A stretch of 64,000 nucleotides of DNA from assembly GCF_009914755.1 (NCBI RefSeq), contig NC_060927.1; one strand, written 5' to 3'. The translations under genes were made by a program, and so were the position numbers. Of this stretch, positions 13,286-27,990 are shown piece by piece (position 1 is the stretch's first letter; the number at the start of each line of letters is the position of its first letter). A model generated the notes under the pieces. That model did no database searches, was not told the DNA's origin, and saw only the letters and a program-made list of their open reading frames with translations. This DNA is from the human T2T-CHM13v2.0 reference genome, Homo sapiens.

Positions 13286-13864
13286 ACAACAGCCTATCTT
13301 TTGAGACAATTATCTTAGTGCAGATCAGAAGTCCTATTTCATCATTGAATCTTTCTCTCTTTTTATTCTGCCTCTGGCTGGATAGAAGAATCATGTAAAA
13401 GGAAGTACAAAAAGGAAAAGAATGTTAATATAATTCAAAAATATTATCCCTGTTACACTTTTGATAAAACCTAGAATCAAAAGAACAGAAATAGGTGTCA
13501 ATTAAAACTGTAATGTATTTCTTCAGATAATGGCAAAAATATCTTTGAGAGGATATGCTTTGTGGTAATGAGGATGTTTGAATATAGACATTCTATATAG
13601 TATTGGTGCATGCATTCTGGAGGAAAATTTGGAAAAAAAAAACTTTAAAATGCATACCATTTGACCTAACAATGGCCTTCCCAGGAATCTGACTTAAAGG
13701 AAAGAAGATCTGTGCACGGATTTACCCACAAAGCTTTCTTTGCAATATTCTTTAAAATATAAAGAAATGTAGAAAAAAAATCTGTTCAAGAGTAGAAAAA
13801 TTATTCCGCATTTATATATAAAATTGTAGAAAATATCTATTGAGAAAGCGTGATGCTCATATGT

Positions 13865-14455
13865 ATTTTTCATTATTTTTACTTGACAAATAGTTTTTTA
13901 TATTAATGGAGTATTATGTGATATCTCGATATATGTAGACATTGTGGAATGGTTATATTAAGCCAATTAACATATCTATCACCTCACATGCCATTTTTTA
14001 GTAAGAACATTTAAAATCTATTTTAAAAACAATTTTGAAGTGTACCATATATTATTATTAACTATGGTCACCTTGCTGTGCAATAAATCTTCAAAATATA
14101 TTCCTCCTGTGTAACTGGAACTTTGTACTCTTTGGTCAACTTCTTCTCACTGCCCATCTCCCCACTCCCAGCCTCTGGTAACCATCATTCTACTCTCTAC
14201 TTTTCTAAATTCAACTTTTTATAGATTCCATATATAAGTGAAATCACATGGTATTTTTCTTTCTGTGCCTAGCTTATTTCACTTAGCATAATGCCCTCCA
14301 AGTTTGTTCATGTTGTCACAAATGGAAATTTCCTCCTTTTTTAACACTGAGTGGTATTCCATTGTGTATATATACCACATATTCTTTATCCATTCATTCA
14401 CTGATGGACACTTTAGGTTGATTCTATATCTTGGATACGGTGAATAAAGCTACAA
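13865..14455 (-). mobile_element. L1MA-type 3' end
   Basis: ccagcctctggtaaccatcattctactctctac...agattccatatataagtgaaatcacatggtatt. Confidence 0.9.
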
Positions 14456-14733
14456 TATTCACACTTTGTTATACATGAGAGAAAGCAAGTCATTAAATAT
14501 AAGCAGACAAGACAGGATTTCACTTTGCTGATATGCATTGAAGAAAAGTCCAGAAGAGCACACTTTAAAGAGGAAGAATTGCCTGTGAATGGTGGAGTCA
14601 TTTGCTCATTAATTAACTCAACATTTACTCTATACACCAGGCCCAATGTTTGAAAACACATGTATTAAGATAGACACATACTCTGCCAATACGGAGGTTA
14701 AAGCCTGGAAGAAGTCAGAAAACACCACCCATC

Positions 14734-15066
14734 AGCTGGGCATGGTGGCTCAACCTGTAATCCCAGCACTTTGGGAGGCCAAGGTGGGAGGATCACTTGA
14801 AGCCAGGAGTTCAATACCAGCTTGGGCAACATAGTGAGACCACCCCCCTGATCCCCCACCCTGATCCCTACACAATTTTTTTTTAATTAGCCAGGCATGG
14901 TGGTGCACACATGTAATCTTAGCCACCTGGGAGGCTAAGGCAGGAGGATCTCTTGAGTCCAAGAATTCAAGGCTGCAACGAGCTATGATCAGGCCACTGC
15001 ACTCCAGCCTGGGCAACAAGACTAGACCTTGTATCTTTAAAAAAAAAACAAAAAAAAAACAAAAAA
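14734..15066 (+). mobile_element. AluJ with TSD
   Basis: AluJ diagnostics (cttgggcaacatagtgagac, aggctgcaacgagctatgatc); TSD aaaacaccacccatc / aaaaccccacccatc. Confidence 0.93.
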
Positions 15067-15507
15067 ACCCCACCCATCTGACCCCATTAGAAACCTCCTG
15101 AACAAAGGCACCTAAACCATTGCAGGCATTAGAGTTGTTCAAAGCATTCATAGGCAAGAAATGAAGGCTTTTTAACCTGAAGTTTCCCAGCTACAATTTA
15201 AGGACATTTCCTCTGGCTGTTTACTCAGCAAAGGGGAGAAAGAGCTGGTCACCTCCTGTCTCCAGTTGCTCCACACTAGAAATGGAAATCAATTTAAAAT
15301 TATTAAATCATTTCTAAGAGCCAAGAGGGTCATGGTGTCATTTTTGTTTGAGTTCGAGTTTGTCTTAAATGCTAAGGCCAGCCTCAAAATATAAAAAGAG
15401 CAGAGCAGAGGCATAATTAAAATGAGTGAGATTCATATTTTCTCATTTTATTTATTCTTGATCTGGGCACCCATGGAATAATAGTTCTATACCTTTAGTC
15501 ACACAAT

Positions 15508-15764
15508 AATTGTAACCTAGTGGTTGAAAGCAGAGATATTGGAGCCAGGCTTCCTGGATTCAAATCCTATGTCTGACATTTCTGAGTTTTGTGAACAAGG
15601 ACAAGTTACTTAAGGTCTCTGAGGCTTAGTTTCCTTATCCGTAAATGCAGGTAACAATAGTAAATACAGTATGCTGTTGTGAGGATTAAATGTGATGATA
15701 TAAAGTTCTTGTGACAGAGCCTGCCTGGTGAAAAGTAAGTTCTCAAAATTAGTTTATTATTATT
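15508..15764 (+). mobile_element. near full-length MIR
   Basis: tagtggttgaaagcagag...ggattcaaatcct...caagttacttaaggtctctgaggcttagtttcctt. Confidence 0.9.
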
Positions 15765-15796
15765 GCATTCTCAATATAAAGTGACTCCCCTCTTTA

Positions 15797-16212
<416 letters not shown>

Positions 16213-18048
16213 AAGAGTTCACATGGAAGAAAAAGAGCCACCTCTCAGCACAATCTATCAGATTATATTTGAAATTTGAAAATTGAGTAATTAATTATCT
16301 GGCTAATTTGTTCAATTTAGATAACCAATAAGAATTGTTAAATCATTTTTTTACAAACAAATCTTTGTTTTTATTTTAAAATTTGTCCTCTGTTCTTCAC
16401 TTCGTATTTGCCACTAGAATGTCAATTTCCTGTATTCCATGCTGCTCAGCACCCACCTAAGCCCATACTCTCCTGGAACCTCCTTGTCTCATTGTGGCTT
16501 CAGAGGAGCAGGATGGTGCAAAGCCTGCTTGGAAGTGATGTAGACACCGAAGAGGTCATGTTTGACAATTATTTTTGCCCTGCCAGTCCCCAAGCTCATG
16601 GATTATTTACATAGTGCTTTACAATTGCTGGATCAGATCATATAATTCTCTCTCTAGGTGTCATGGTTGGTTAGATAACTCTAGTTATAGCCTCATTCAC
16701 TTAAGTCATAATAATTTCATATGTACAACAAGCATGGAGCCATGTGAGGCTGGGGAGATTTAGGGATTGCTCTGCCTGAAATCCATAATCATTGCATTCA
16801 GCGTAATCAAGATCCCATCCTCTCTTTCTTACAGTATCAGAAGAGGGGGAGGGAGGGAGGCAAAAAGGGGAGAAGAGAGGGAGAGAGGAAGGAATCTCAT
16901 GATCCCATATCCCCCTCTCTAGTTCTTCATTTCATTGTTTTCCTTTTATAGGAAACTAAGAAATGGAGGAAATTCCTCCATATGGGTTACTCCATGGCGT
17001 TTCTTCCCATTCCCTCTTAAACTGTCTCCAGAGTTTCACATCTACCACACTACCAAAGCTTCTCCCTCCATACTGTTAAAAGCTATAATCAATTCCCATC
17101 TACTCTAACCTCTCTGTTACACCACCACCTCTTTCTCTTGTCCTTCCTCAAGATTTCTGTCCCTCTCCCTCTAGTTGCCTAACATTATTGGCTCAATATT
17201 GGTAAAATTTCCACTCACCTGGAACAGTGGATGACTTCTGGACCTTCTGCTCCTCCTGAACCACAAAAAAAGTGAATCTGAAACCTTGAGAAAAAGAATC
17301 ATCCTATATATAAACCCATTTTTCAATCAGTGGTAAATCAGCACCTCCTTGATCCTTTATCTTCCACAAACATAAAAAGTCTGGTTTGAAAGCAATCAAG
17401 AAGTAAAAAATTTCTAAGAAATCAGTGCTGAGAAAGTTCACCTTCTATTGCCTCAATCACCAGTTGTGGGTAACTCTAGGTGATCTTTACTAAATTGAGG
17501 TGAGAATCTGAATGATTAGCAAAGATTGTTGAGAGTGATGAGAGACAGAAGTCTGCTGTTCACATAGTTCCTCCTCTCTTCCCTCCTCCTCTCACCAATG
17601 ATTATGGGATAAATATGTCAGGAGGAAAAGCTAGATTGAAAAAAGAAGGAAATTATTTATTGCAATTCCTCTGAATATGTTCCATTTTCTCTTTCTTCCT
17701 CATTTCAACATAGCATGCACTAGTAAAATTGTTAAATTTCCAGATGAAAAGAAGGATGTAACATCTTATAAAAATAACTAACTTTCCCAACAAATCCCCC
17801 CACTTGTGATCATGTACATTAATGATTTTATGTAAATGTGTATGTATTCGTTTGTACTCAGTAGATGTTCAATAAATATATAAATGGGTGCATAAAAATT
17901 AGTGAGGTTGACAGAAGCTCTTCTGTCAAAGTGGAATAACAAAATCAGATCTTAGAGAACATCTTTGCAATGTGAAGAATTTTTAATAAACTCACTGAAC
18001 CAATCGAAAGCCAGCAGTCATTGACCAGCGTCTCTTTTAAATGGTTAA

Positions 18049-18288
<240 letters not shown>

Positions 18289-18546
18289 TGAAAAACTTTT
18301 AAAGACAAAAAAATGAGAGACACGAAGATGTAGCTTCTACTAAGGCCCAACAGTTGTAAAACCCCAAAGCTGCATCTGAAGCAGTCAACATCAATCTAAG
18401 CCATAAGCTATATATGAGCTTAAATTCCAAACTTGTACCTTCATTACCATATTTCAACTCATTTTACTTTAGAACGGAAACCCTTCTTCTGGTGGTTACT
18501 CACTGACAAATTATTAGAAATAACTGAAGTCAGAAGTTTCAGGACA

Positions 18547-18697
18547 GGCCATGCATGGCGGCTTATGCCTGTAATCCCAGCACTTTTGGAGACAAAGACA
18601 GGAGAATCATTAAGCCCAGGAGTTTGAGACCAGCCTGGGCAACAAAGCGAGACCCTGTCTCTACAAAAATTTTGAAAATAAAAATAAAATGAAAAAA
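18547..18697 (+). mobile_element. free Alu left monomer (FLAM-like) with perfect 15-bp TSD
   Basis: monomer plus A-tail flanked by agaagtttcaggaca at 18532-18546 and 18698-18712. Confidence 0.92.
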
Positions 18698-19044
18698 AGA
18701 AGTTTCAGGACAAATTTTAAAGAGGGTTGCTTTATATTCTTATAGAAAAACTCATAGAACTTGCCATACCTGCAGAAAGTATCATATGAAAATATTAGGT
18801 TGAACAGGGATTTTGATTTTAGATTGGGAGATAAATCCCTAAACTTTTGAAGCTAATGTCATAGAGGTTTCTATTAAACAACTCTTCATGTCATAAAGTC
18901 CTAAACTAAGTTTGAATCCAGGAAAAAAATTTTTTTTAATTATATTTCATGAAAAAAATTGCATCTTTAATAAGGATCCCAAAACATCTCCTCTAATGGA
19001 ACTGAGTAAATTTAAAGTTGCTACATAACATTTTCTTCCTTCAT

Positions 19045-19320
19045 TTCACAAACATTTATTATATTCTTCTTCTGTGTCAGGTAGCATGCTCAGCTTTGTA
19101 TAAGGTTTCATAATGCATACAAATGCATCATCTCCCTTGATCCTCCTAACAGCCCTTTGGGACTACTGTTATTATTTCCACTTTACAGTCAAATAAATGG
19201 AGGTTTACAGAATTTAAGTGCCTGAGATCAGTAAATAAAAAATGGAGCTCATTCTTATCCCACAATTTTCCCATGGAATTGGATATCTTGCTTAAAACTA
19301 TGTTAACTACTATGTCCCAA
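19045..19320 (-). mobile_element. MIR SINE
   Basis: aacatttatt...tcctcctaacagccct...ccactttacagtcaaataaatggaggt. Confidence 0.7.
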
Positions 19321-20218
19321 AATAAAATCTTCACCAGATTTTAAGTCACAATAATTTAGATTTTCCATGTTTCTTTCAACCAATCAAAGCCTGAAAGGTT
19401 CCATAACAAAACCACAACCCTTTACAGCATGGTTTTGTAAGTTGTCCCTCTCTAAGTGAGACATGTTATTTTGGGCAGTCTCATGTGATGAAAGAGATAA
19501 TGGGCTCTTTGGGCAGTAATAAAAACAAAATTACTGCTCTAACAGTAAGTAAAACAGAAATCGAAACTTAAAAAAATAGGATTTTCTGATTTCACAGATA
19601 AGCCATCAAGAAGCTTTGGGTTTTACATCTCAGTGTTATTTTTCCTGTCACTTAAAATAGTAACATGCCAGTATATGTTTTCTGGGCTCATTTTAACATG
19701 TAAACGAACAATTCATATTTTTTCTTGAAAACATAGGCTTTCACATACAGGATGAACAATAGGGAAATATGGGAAGGAGGTGCACCTGAGGGCTATGCTG
19801 TCCAGGCCTCCCTGCAGCCCTCCCTGCTCTGCAGCACAAGGAAGCACAGGACAGCAGGTCAGGGAGGGACGAAGGGAGATCTAGCCAGCATTGCCCTCAG
19901 GAGCCCCCAGGGGAGCTGGGGCTTCATGGTCACATACAGTCAGGAAAGCCTGGGTGTTTGAGGCAGAACGTCCCTGAGATAGTACATTTTTGTTCTTTTG
20001 TGTTTTTTGTTTTTTTATTTTGAGGGCGAAGACCCAGGTGGCATTTAACCAACCAACAAAGCCCAAAAGTGAAAATATGAGGAAGACGAGGTCACACCCA
20101 GTAGTTCATTCAGTCAGAAAAGTCTGTTTTGGCAAATGTAGCAAACGAATGAGGAGTAAAATGAAACAGACAGCACAGGGAAACCACTAGCAATTCTTGA
20201 GCAGAAGGAATTTAAAAC

Positions 20219-20666
20219 TGTGAAAGAGTGCAGATTTTATCCTATTTTCAAGCTAGGAAATTAGTCTGCCGCAGCTTTATGGATGCTGGCAGAAGACACA
20301 AGACTCCTAGGTCAGAAACAGAAGACTTTATATCCAGAGTACAGCAAGCAGCATTCACATTAGAATATTTACATCAATTTCCCTTGCTCCCAAGTTCCCA
20401 GGGGCAATGTAGATAGACCCTCAGAGGTGTCTGCACATGCATGGGTTACATTATGGGAAGGGAAATCTGAGCTTAGGGAACATGAATCTCTTATAATGGG
20501 CAGTAAGCTTGCTGGCTTTTTGCTCTGGAGGAAGGCACTATCCCTGTCTTCCAAGGATGTTCACCATACAAATATATTGAAAAGATAGGAACAAAAGGCA
20601 ATCAGTGTCTTTCTTGCAAGATATATACAAATGCAAGAGACTCAGGAAGAATTGTGTCTGCCAACA
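20219..20666 (-). mobile_element. ERVL solo LTR (LTR40-like)
   Basis: TG...CA termini; reverse complement begins tgttggcagacacaattcttcctgagtctcttgcattt, close to the recalled LTR40 5' end. Confidence 0.75.
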
Positions 20667-20782
20667 AAGGGCTGCCTCCTGTGTGGTTCTACAACCAGTT
20701 CTTCAGCTGTGGTCACTTAAAAGAACAACTGTGACCCAATCATACTGTACTTTCTGAAAAGCTAGGCAAGAAGGAAAGACTC

Positions 20783-21103
20783 TGTCTTACATTGGGCTCC
20801 CTAAAAACAGACATTAAAATGAAGATTCACATGCAAATAATAACTTATTAATGAAATTATCTCAGGACAATCCTGAAAGAAACTGCTATAAGTGAGTCCC
20901 TAAAGCTGAGCTATAAACTCATAGACACTTCCAGTCTTTTGAGCTGGCAAACAAAATGACTCCAGTAGTTGAGGGGCAGACTTTCAATGAGCCACAGGTT
21001 CAAGTCATCAGATGCAAAAGCATATTGAAGTCAGGGAGAAATACAAGGAAATAATAAAAGAGAGCTAAGGGGGTCTGGGCCAGAGGCCAACAGTGTTTGC
21101 TAT
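20783..21103 (-). mobile_element. ERVL LTR (LTR16-like)
   Basis: tgtcttacattgggctccctaaaaacagac...ccaacagtgtttgcta. Confidence 0.6.
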
Positions 21104-21159
21104 GAAACAAGAAAGCTCCAGGCAAGTTATTGCTTCAAAAAGCTTACAATTTTCTATAT

Positions 21160-21402
21160 TTTGTTCATTCAGTAATGAGTCCCTACTATGTGCCAACCAC
21201 AGCACTAGGTGTTAATGGCACAGAGATAAATAACACACAGTCCATTTGCCTAAAGCATTCACAATTCAGTGCGAGAGACAGACAAGTAAACCAACACGTG
21301 ATATTTTGTTGAGAAAGACAAAAGGGAAGCAAAGAGTGACTGAGAGTCAAAGAAGGCATCACAGAGGGGTTGGCTTCTTAACTAGGTCTGAAAGATGAGT
21401 AA
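21160..21402 (-). mobile_element. L2 fragment interrupted by L1PA
   Basis: ttcattcagtaatgagtccctactatgtgcc...gaaggcatcacagagg. Confidence 0.75.
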
Positions 21403-22757
21403 TAGAACAATGGAACAGAACAAAGCTCTCAGAAATAATACCACACATCTACAACCATCTGATCTTTGACAAACCTGACAAAAACAAGAAATGGGGAAAG
21501 GATTCCCTATTTAATAAATGGTGCTGGGAAAACTGGCTAGCCATATGTAGAAAGCTGAAACTGGATCCCTTCCTTACACCTTATACAAAAATTAATTCAA
21601 GATGGATAAAAGACTTAAATGTTAGACCTAAACCCATAAAAACCCTAGAAGAAAACCTAGGCAGTACCATTCAGGACATAGGCATGGGCAAGGACTTCAT
21701 GTCTAAAACACCAAAAGCAATGACAACAAAAGCCAAAATTGACAAATGGGATCTAATAAAACTCAAGAGCATCTGCACAGCAAAAGAAACTACCATCAGA
21801 GTGAACTGGCAGCCCACAGAATGGAAGACAATTTTTGCAACCTATTCATCTGACAAAGGGTTAATATCCAGAATCTACAAAGAACTCAAACAAATTTACA
21901 AGAAAAAAAAACAACCCCATCAAAAAGTGGGCAAAGGATATGAACAGACACTTCCAAAAAGAAGACATTTATGCAGCCAACAGACAAATGAAAAAATGCT
22001 CATCATCGCTGGCCATCAGAGAAATGCAAATCAAAACCACAATGAGATACCATCTCACACCAGTTACAATGGCGATCATTAAAAAGTCAGGAAACAACAG
22101 GTGCCAGAGAGGATGTGGAGAAATAGGAACACTTTTACACTGTTGGTGGGATTGTAAACTAGTTCAACCATGGTGGAAGAGTGTGATGATTCCTCAAGGA
22201 TCTAGAACTAGAAATACCATTTGACCCAGCAATCCCATTACTGGGTATATGCCCAAAGGATTATAAATCATACTGCTATAAAAACACATGCACACGTACG
22301 TTTATTGTGGCACTATTCACAATAGCAAAGACTTGGAACCAACCCAAACGTCCATCAATGATAGATTGGATTAAGAAAATGTGGCACATATACACCATGG
22401 AATACTATGCAGCCATAAAAAATGATGAGTTCATGTCCTTTGTAGGGACATGGATGAAGCTGGAAACCACCATTCTCAGCAAACTACCGCAAGGACAAAA
22501 AACCAAACACCTCATGTTCTCACTCGTAGGTGGGAATTGAACAATGAGAACACTTGGACACAGGAAGGGGAACATCACACACTGGGGCCTGTCATGGGGT
22601 GGAGGGAGTGGGGAGGGATAGCATTAGGAGATATACCTAATGTAAATGATGAGTTAATGGGTGCAGCACACCAGCATGGCACATGTATACATATGTAACA
22701 AACCTGTACATTGTGCACATGTACTCTAAAACTTAAAGTATAATAATAAAAATAAAA
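21403..22757 (+). mobile_element. 5'-truncated L1PA (about PA4-6): ORF2 C-terminus, 3' UTR and A-tail
   Basis: ORF fragments [24 protein letters not shown] and MEYYAAIKNDEFMSFVGTWMKLE are L1 ORF2p; frameshifted. Confidence 0.97.
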
Positions 22758-23809
22758 GAGTCCAAGAGCCAGATTATTCTCTCCAGGAGCAGATAAGAGA
22801 GGGAATGAAATGCCATCCAAATCCATCTAAAATCCAAAGCACACACATGGCCCCTTTTGGAAGCATGGACAGATAGGTGTGCAGTATAATAGTTAATACT
22901 GTGACATACCCTCAACTTCTAATGGGAACACAGGTCTCAGTTCATCCTCAGTTCTGCCATGCAAAAGAGAAAGGCGGCATGAGTTAAGGTCAAGGGTACT
23001 TTGGGGCCCTGATAGTAGGGGACAAAGCACTCAATGGAATGTGTGAAGAGGTTAAAAGCTGTTATTGCATTTAATTCTGTTTAAAATGGTAATAATAATG
23101 CCATTGTGGGAATCTGTGTCTTGGACATTTCCTTTCCTAAAGTTCTTCCCTGTATTATATTGTTTTTCTCTCCTTCCTTCTTTCTCTTCTTCCTTGAGCT
23201 CTGATGGTAACATAGAGACCTCCAAACCTTAAGGTAAAGTGGGAATCAGGAGAACCACGAAAAGGAAACCCCAATACTTCTCTATTGCCCTCAAAGAGGA
23301 AAGCTAGACTGGACCATATGGAAATTGCAAAGATTCTTTCTCCTGCTCTGGTTCATGGTTTAAACTAAAATCAGTCTCCTTTGAGTTCTTTCTTTAACTA
23401 TAAGCTTGAACTCACACTAATCTTAGTTTATTAGTTCACATCCTATGTCAGCCAGGATTCCAGCTGAAAGCAGACAGCACACAGATATGGTAAGTCTTCA
23501 GAGATTTGGGGGCAAACAAGGCCACTGTGCCTTTACCCATAATAGATACCAAATTCCAAACAACGCATTATTCAGGCTGTCCCTCAACAAGTATAAAAGT
23601 CACAAAGAAAAAATGTCAGAGCCAAAAACCACACACTGCCTAGACCCCAAAGGCCCCACCACATGGCAAATTTTCAGAAGTGCAGAGAAAACACCTTCTC
23701 TGACCACAAACTGTACCCTGAATTTCACAATTCCTCCATCCACTGATGTACAACGTGAAGTGTACACCTCAACACAAAGGGTCTTATTAAATATGAATGA
23801 ACAGATGTT

Positions 23810-24384
23810 TACAGTCAACATTTTCAACAAACATTTATTGATAACCTAGTATTTTCTCTGTGCTAATTATTTAATATTTAGTGGTCAACAAAAGAGGCAT
23901 ATTACCTGCCCTCAAAGACTTTAGACAAGAGACAAAAAAAGACAAATATATAAATAAAGATATGATAAATTATGATTCGTGTTATGTAGAAAAAGTACAG
24001 AATGTTATGAGTGATATTAATCATGGTTGAAAGAAAGTAGTCTACTTCAGATTTAGTGGTCAGGGAAGGCCTTCCTAGCCAAGTCCTGACAGGTCAGTAG
24101 GAGCCTACCAGACATTAAGCTAGGAGAAGAACTTGATGCAGAATGAATAGCGTATGCAAAGCATAAAGAAGAAAGAGCTTAGGGTGTAATAGGAATGAAT
24201 AAAGACCAAGGCATTGTGACAAAAAAAAAAAAAAAAAGACAGCCTAGGTCATATCAGCTGTGATAAAGAGTCAGGGTTCATTCTGATGCAATGTTTTAAG
24301 AGAATGGTGATAATTTAATTTGGGTGTGTTTTTTAAAATATATTTCTGGTTTTGGGGCAGAGAATATATTTGAAAGGTGGGAAG
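23810..24384 (-). mobile_element. L2 LINE
   Basis: ttcaacaaacatttattgataacctag...cctgccctcaaagact...gtggtcagggaaggcctt. Confidence 0.8.
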
Positions 24385-24389
24385 AGTAG

Positions 24390-24802
24390 TATCTTAGTCC
24401 ATTTTGTATTGCTATAAAGGGATACCTGAGGCTGGGTAATTTATAAAGAAAAGAGGTTTATTTGGCTCGTGGTTCTGCAGGCTGTAGAAGCAGCATGGCA
24501 TCAGCATTTTTTTCTAGTAAGGGTGTCAGACTCATGGTGAAGTGAGAGGGAGCAGGCACATACAGAGATCACATAGAGAGAGAAGCAAGAAACAGGGAAG
24601 AGGTGCCAGACTTTTTAACCACCAGCTCTTGAGGAAACTAATCGAGTAAGAACTCATGCACTCCCCACCAGGGAAAGTATTAATCTGTTCACGAGGGGAA
24701 CCACCCCCATGACCCAAACATCTCCCATTAGGCCCCACCTCCAACACTGGGAATCAAATTTCAACATCAGATTTTGGAGGGACAAACATCCAAACTGTAG
24801 CA
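24390..24802 (-). mobile_element. MaLR solo LTR (MSTB-like) with perfect 5-bp TSD AGTAG
   Basis: cttagtccattttgtattgctataaagggatacctgaggctgggtaatttataaag; AGTAG at 24385-24389 and 24803-24807. Confidence 0.92.
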
Positions 24803-26427
24803 AGTAGGCATGAGAGAAGTGGGCTTGAGGGGAAGATAGCTCCACCGTACCCACCGCCCCCCCCCGCCCCCCCCCTCCACACACACACACTGCACTACCA
24901 TCCAAGTCTAGAGCCATCGAAGACAATTTATCCCTGCTTCATTCACTTGCCTGAGGTTGGTCACACTTGAAGGACTGTAAGACCAGAGGTAGCCCCTTTA
25001 TTTGTTGTCATTTTCAAGGGTACACTTGGAATCAAACTTGGAGTTAAACACAGAATGCAATGCCAAAGCCACCCATTTAGAAACGAATGAATGAGAGCTG
25101 ACCAAACAGACACTCCTTTATTATCCGCAAATTAATCTCTGAATATATTTGTGTTGGCTGTTGGTGGGAGGGGAAGTGCTATAAATGCAGACAGAATTAG
25201 GGAATGGTTTTGACTTTAGCAATTGCCCCATACTTGGTACAACATAAATCATCAATAAAGTGTTTTTCTACTGGGAGATTGTGTTTTACATATACAAAAC
25301 TCATAATTTGTGTTTATTGAAAACATTTAGACACTGGAATGTTATTTATGTTTTTAATTTGTCTACATCAGTAAATAACATCCCACTTAGCAAGCAGTAA
25401 CTGGGCAGAGCATTTACTTCTGAAATACAGGGTCCCCACCTGTTCTGGCCACCTCCATGCTTGGTGCTGCTGATCCATAAGACCATAATCAATGGGTTCA
25501 ATAAATATTTGTAGACTCCACGGGTGAATGAGTAAATCCTTATAATCTTTCTATTTACCAGAAGAATCAACCCAATACAGAACTTGTTTCGCTGTCTGTT
25601 ATGCTATTTAATTAACAACATTGGTACCCCTTTGTATTTCATGACTTTTATTTCATGGTAACTATGCAGCAATTTGTCATCTTTACTATCATTGTACATT
25701 CAATATGGCATTTTTCATATTACAATTTTTAATTTATAAATTGTACTTTATTATACATCAGCATTCACTTAGGAAGCCCCTTGGAAAACCAGCTTACACC
25801 AATCTCATTTCAAAACCTTTACTTGTGCAGAGGCTGAAAGTGTGCAAAACACATTCAAAGTCCTGAGGATAGCTCTAAGAATGAACAAGATTGGAGACCT
25901 ATTTTCAAAGGCCTTCAAACTGGGAGACAACCCAGTTGGTAACTAAAGCCTATTGAATCTATCCATTAGTATTTCTCCAAACAACCTCCATAGCTACTGA
26001 CCCAGTTCAGACCCTCACCATTACTTAACTGGACTATTGCAATAGTCTCCTAACTGTCACTTTAAAAAGAAAGCTCTCTTTTCTTTCCTCTTGCCTTCAC
26101 TTAAGACTAAAATATATTTTGAGAAAAGACAATATCATCAATCCAGGGCATAGAGATTTTAATAAATGGGCTTTTGACATGTTACATCATAAATGAACCT
26201 TCCAACTTTGTAAGTGGTCCTTTGACAGGATGCATCATGTCAATCTATAGCTCAGAACCTTTACTGATTTAATCCATAATTCATATAGTAATGGATCCTG
26301 AAAATTCCATTGCTTCCTCTCCTCTATCAAGGGCAGCTCTGCTAGTACAATTTGAGATTGATCAGTTGGTGCTATGTGGCTCAAACTGCGTGGTATCCTC
26401 TGAATGGACAGATCAGTGGGTCCTCAC

Positions 26428-26520
26428 CCAGTGTTTCTCTAACTTAGGTCATTATTGGACCACTTTACTACCTTGGCTATATCCACTTACCTTTTGTACT
26501 ATTTTCTTCTTAATTTAAAA
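26428..26520. mobile_element. hAT-Charlie-type DNA transposon fragment
   Basis: ccagtgtttctctaactt terminus; resembles the element at 34592/35125. Confidence 0.45.
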
Positions 26521-27599
26521 AAAAAACAGAAAATTTCTTAGCTTACTTGTAAAGGTAATTTTATACTACGAGCGCAAACAGAAAACCAATTTCAATTGTC
26601 CTTTAAAGAAGCTTCCACAATACCATAAAGAACAGAGCTGATTCATGTATCAACAGCAGAAAGTCTTTCTCACAATTTGAGAAAGACTGAACTAGAAACT
26701 CCAACACCTACACCAATCAGGAAAGGAGCTGGGGAATAATAATACGACATTATAGTTAATTCAACATTGGTTTGACTTAGCATAAATAAAATTAAAATGG
26801 GCATGTGACCCGTATATCATGAGGGTCTTCCATGAGTCCCGTGGTAGCTATGCCAGCCAGATCTCCCAGCCGAAGATAGGCTTGGAAGCATTTGTTTCAT
26901 TGTCTGCTTTTTAATAGAATCAGATGGCTTTCTTGAAAAATTGAAATCCTAAGAGGATCAGGGGATGAATAAGAAGAGAAAAAATGATTTTTGGTGAATA
27001 ATATTAAAGACACGGAAAAAGAAGGAAAACACGAAGACATGGCAAGGAATCACATAAGCAGAGCATACACAGCCCGAAGACAACTTGGTAGCTCTCCCAG
27101 AACAATTTTGGCTTATTGCACATACATTAACCTGAAAATATTAATACTGTTTGTACAGAATAAAGAATATAAAAATCTTCTGAAATGTTAAGTGTTCTTT
27201 AACTACGTACATCTAAATAAGAACAGAAAAGCACTTTTTTAAACAGATAGATATTCTTTTGCTTGGAATGTCTGGGCAGAATCAGATTAAATTTCAGATG
27301 CTATGAATTTTGTTTACTTTTGGTGCTACTGAATTATGTTAAAAGAGGATGTCAATGGTGATAGTAACAAAGATAGTAACAATTTCTGGCAGTATATAAC
27401 TTTGCATAACTCCAATTCCTTTTATTGATATACATTAGACCACTCAACAGAATCTCTAATTTAACCCGTATCTCCTCAGCTAGAATAATTTCATTCATGT
27501 TTCCTTGTTTTTTTCATTCATTCTTCCACCCATTATATGTTTGTCCCCTCAACTCTATTTCCTGTTGGGAATATAGCAGACAAATGCATTCACACACTT

Positions 27600-27990
27600 C
27601 ACCTACCACTCTTCCTGCCAAATGACCTGGAACACTAATGCCTGAAGCCAGGGTCTTCCTCCAGACACCCACGCTTCCTTCAGACAAATCCAAGCTCAAC
27701 TCAAATATTCCCTTCACTGTGAAGTCTTCTTTGCTGCTTGAGCGCCACCTACTAACACACTATCTGCTGTGACCTCACATTCAGTCACACAAATACACTC
27801 CATGGCCTCTTCCTTAGGGCTCAGTATAGTATTTTACACATTTTACACCGCAACACTTACCATACCGTATTACCCAGTTAGCTGCTTACTTTCTTCTTCC
27901 CTCACTTAACTGTGAGTTCCTTACAGATTAAGACAATTTATCCTTGATCCTGCCTTAATATAAACAAGACATATAGTATGTACGCAACAC
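27600..27990 (+). mobile_element. L2 3' fragment
   Basis: ctcaactcaaatattcccttcactgtgaagtcttct...aactgtgagttcctt. Confidence 0.7.

Noticed and set aside
21684-22698. ORFs resembling a real protein
   Set aside because: Frameshifted L1 ORF2p C-terminus and 3' UTR; the same applies to 46000-46227, 58481-59080 and 60341-60724
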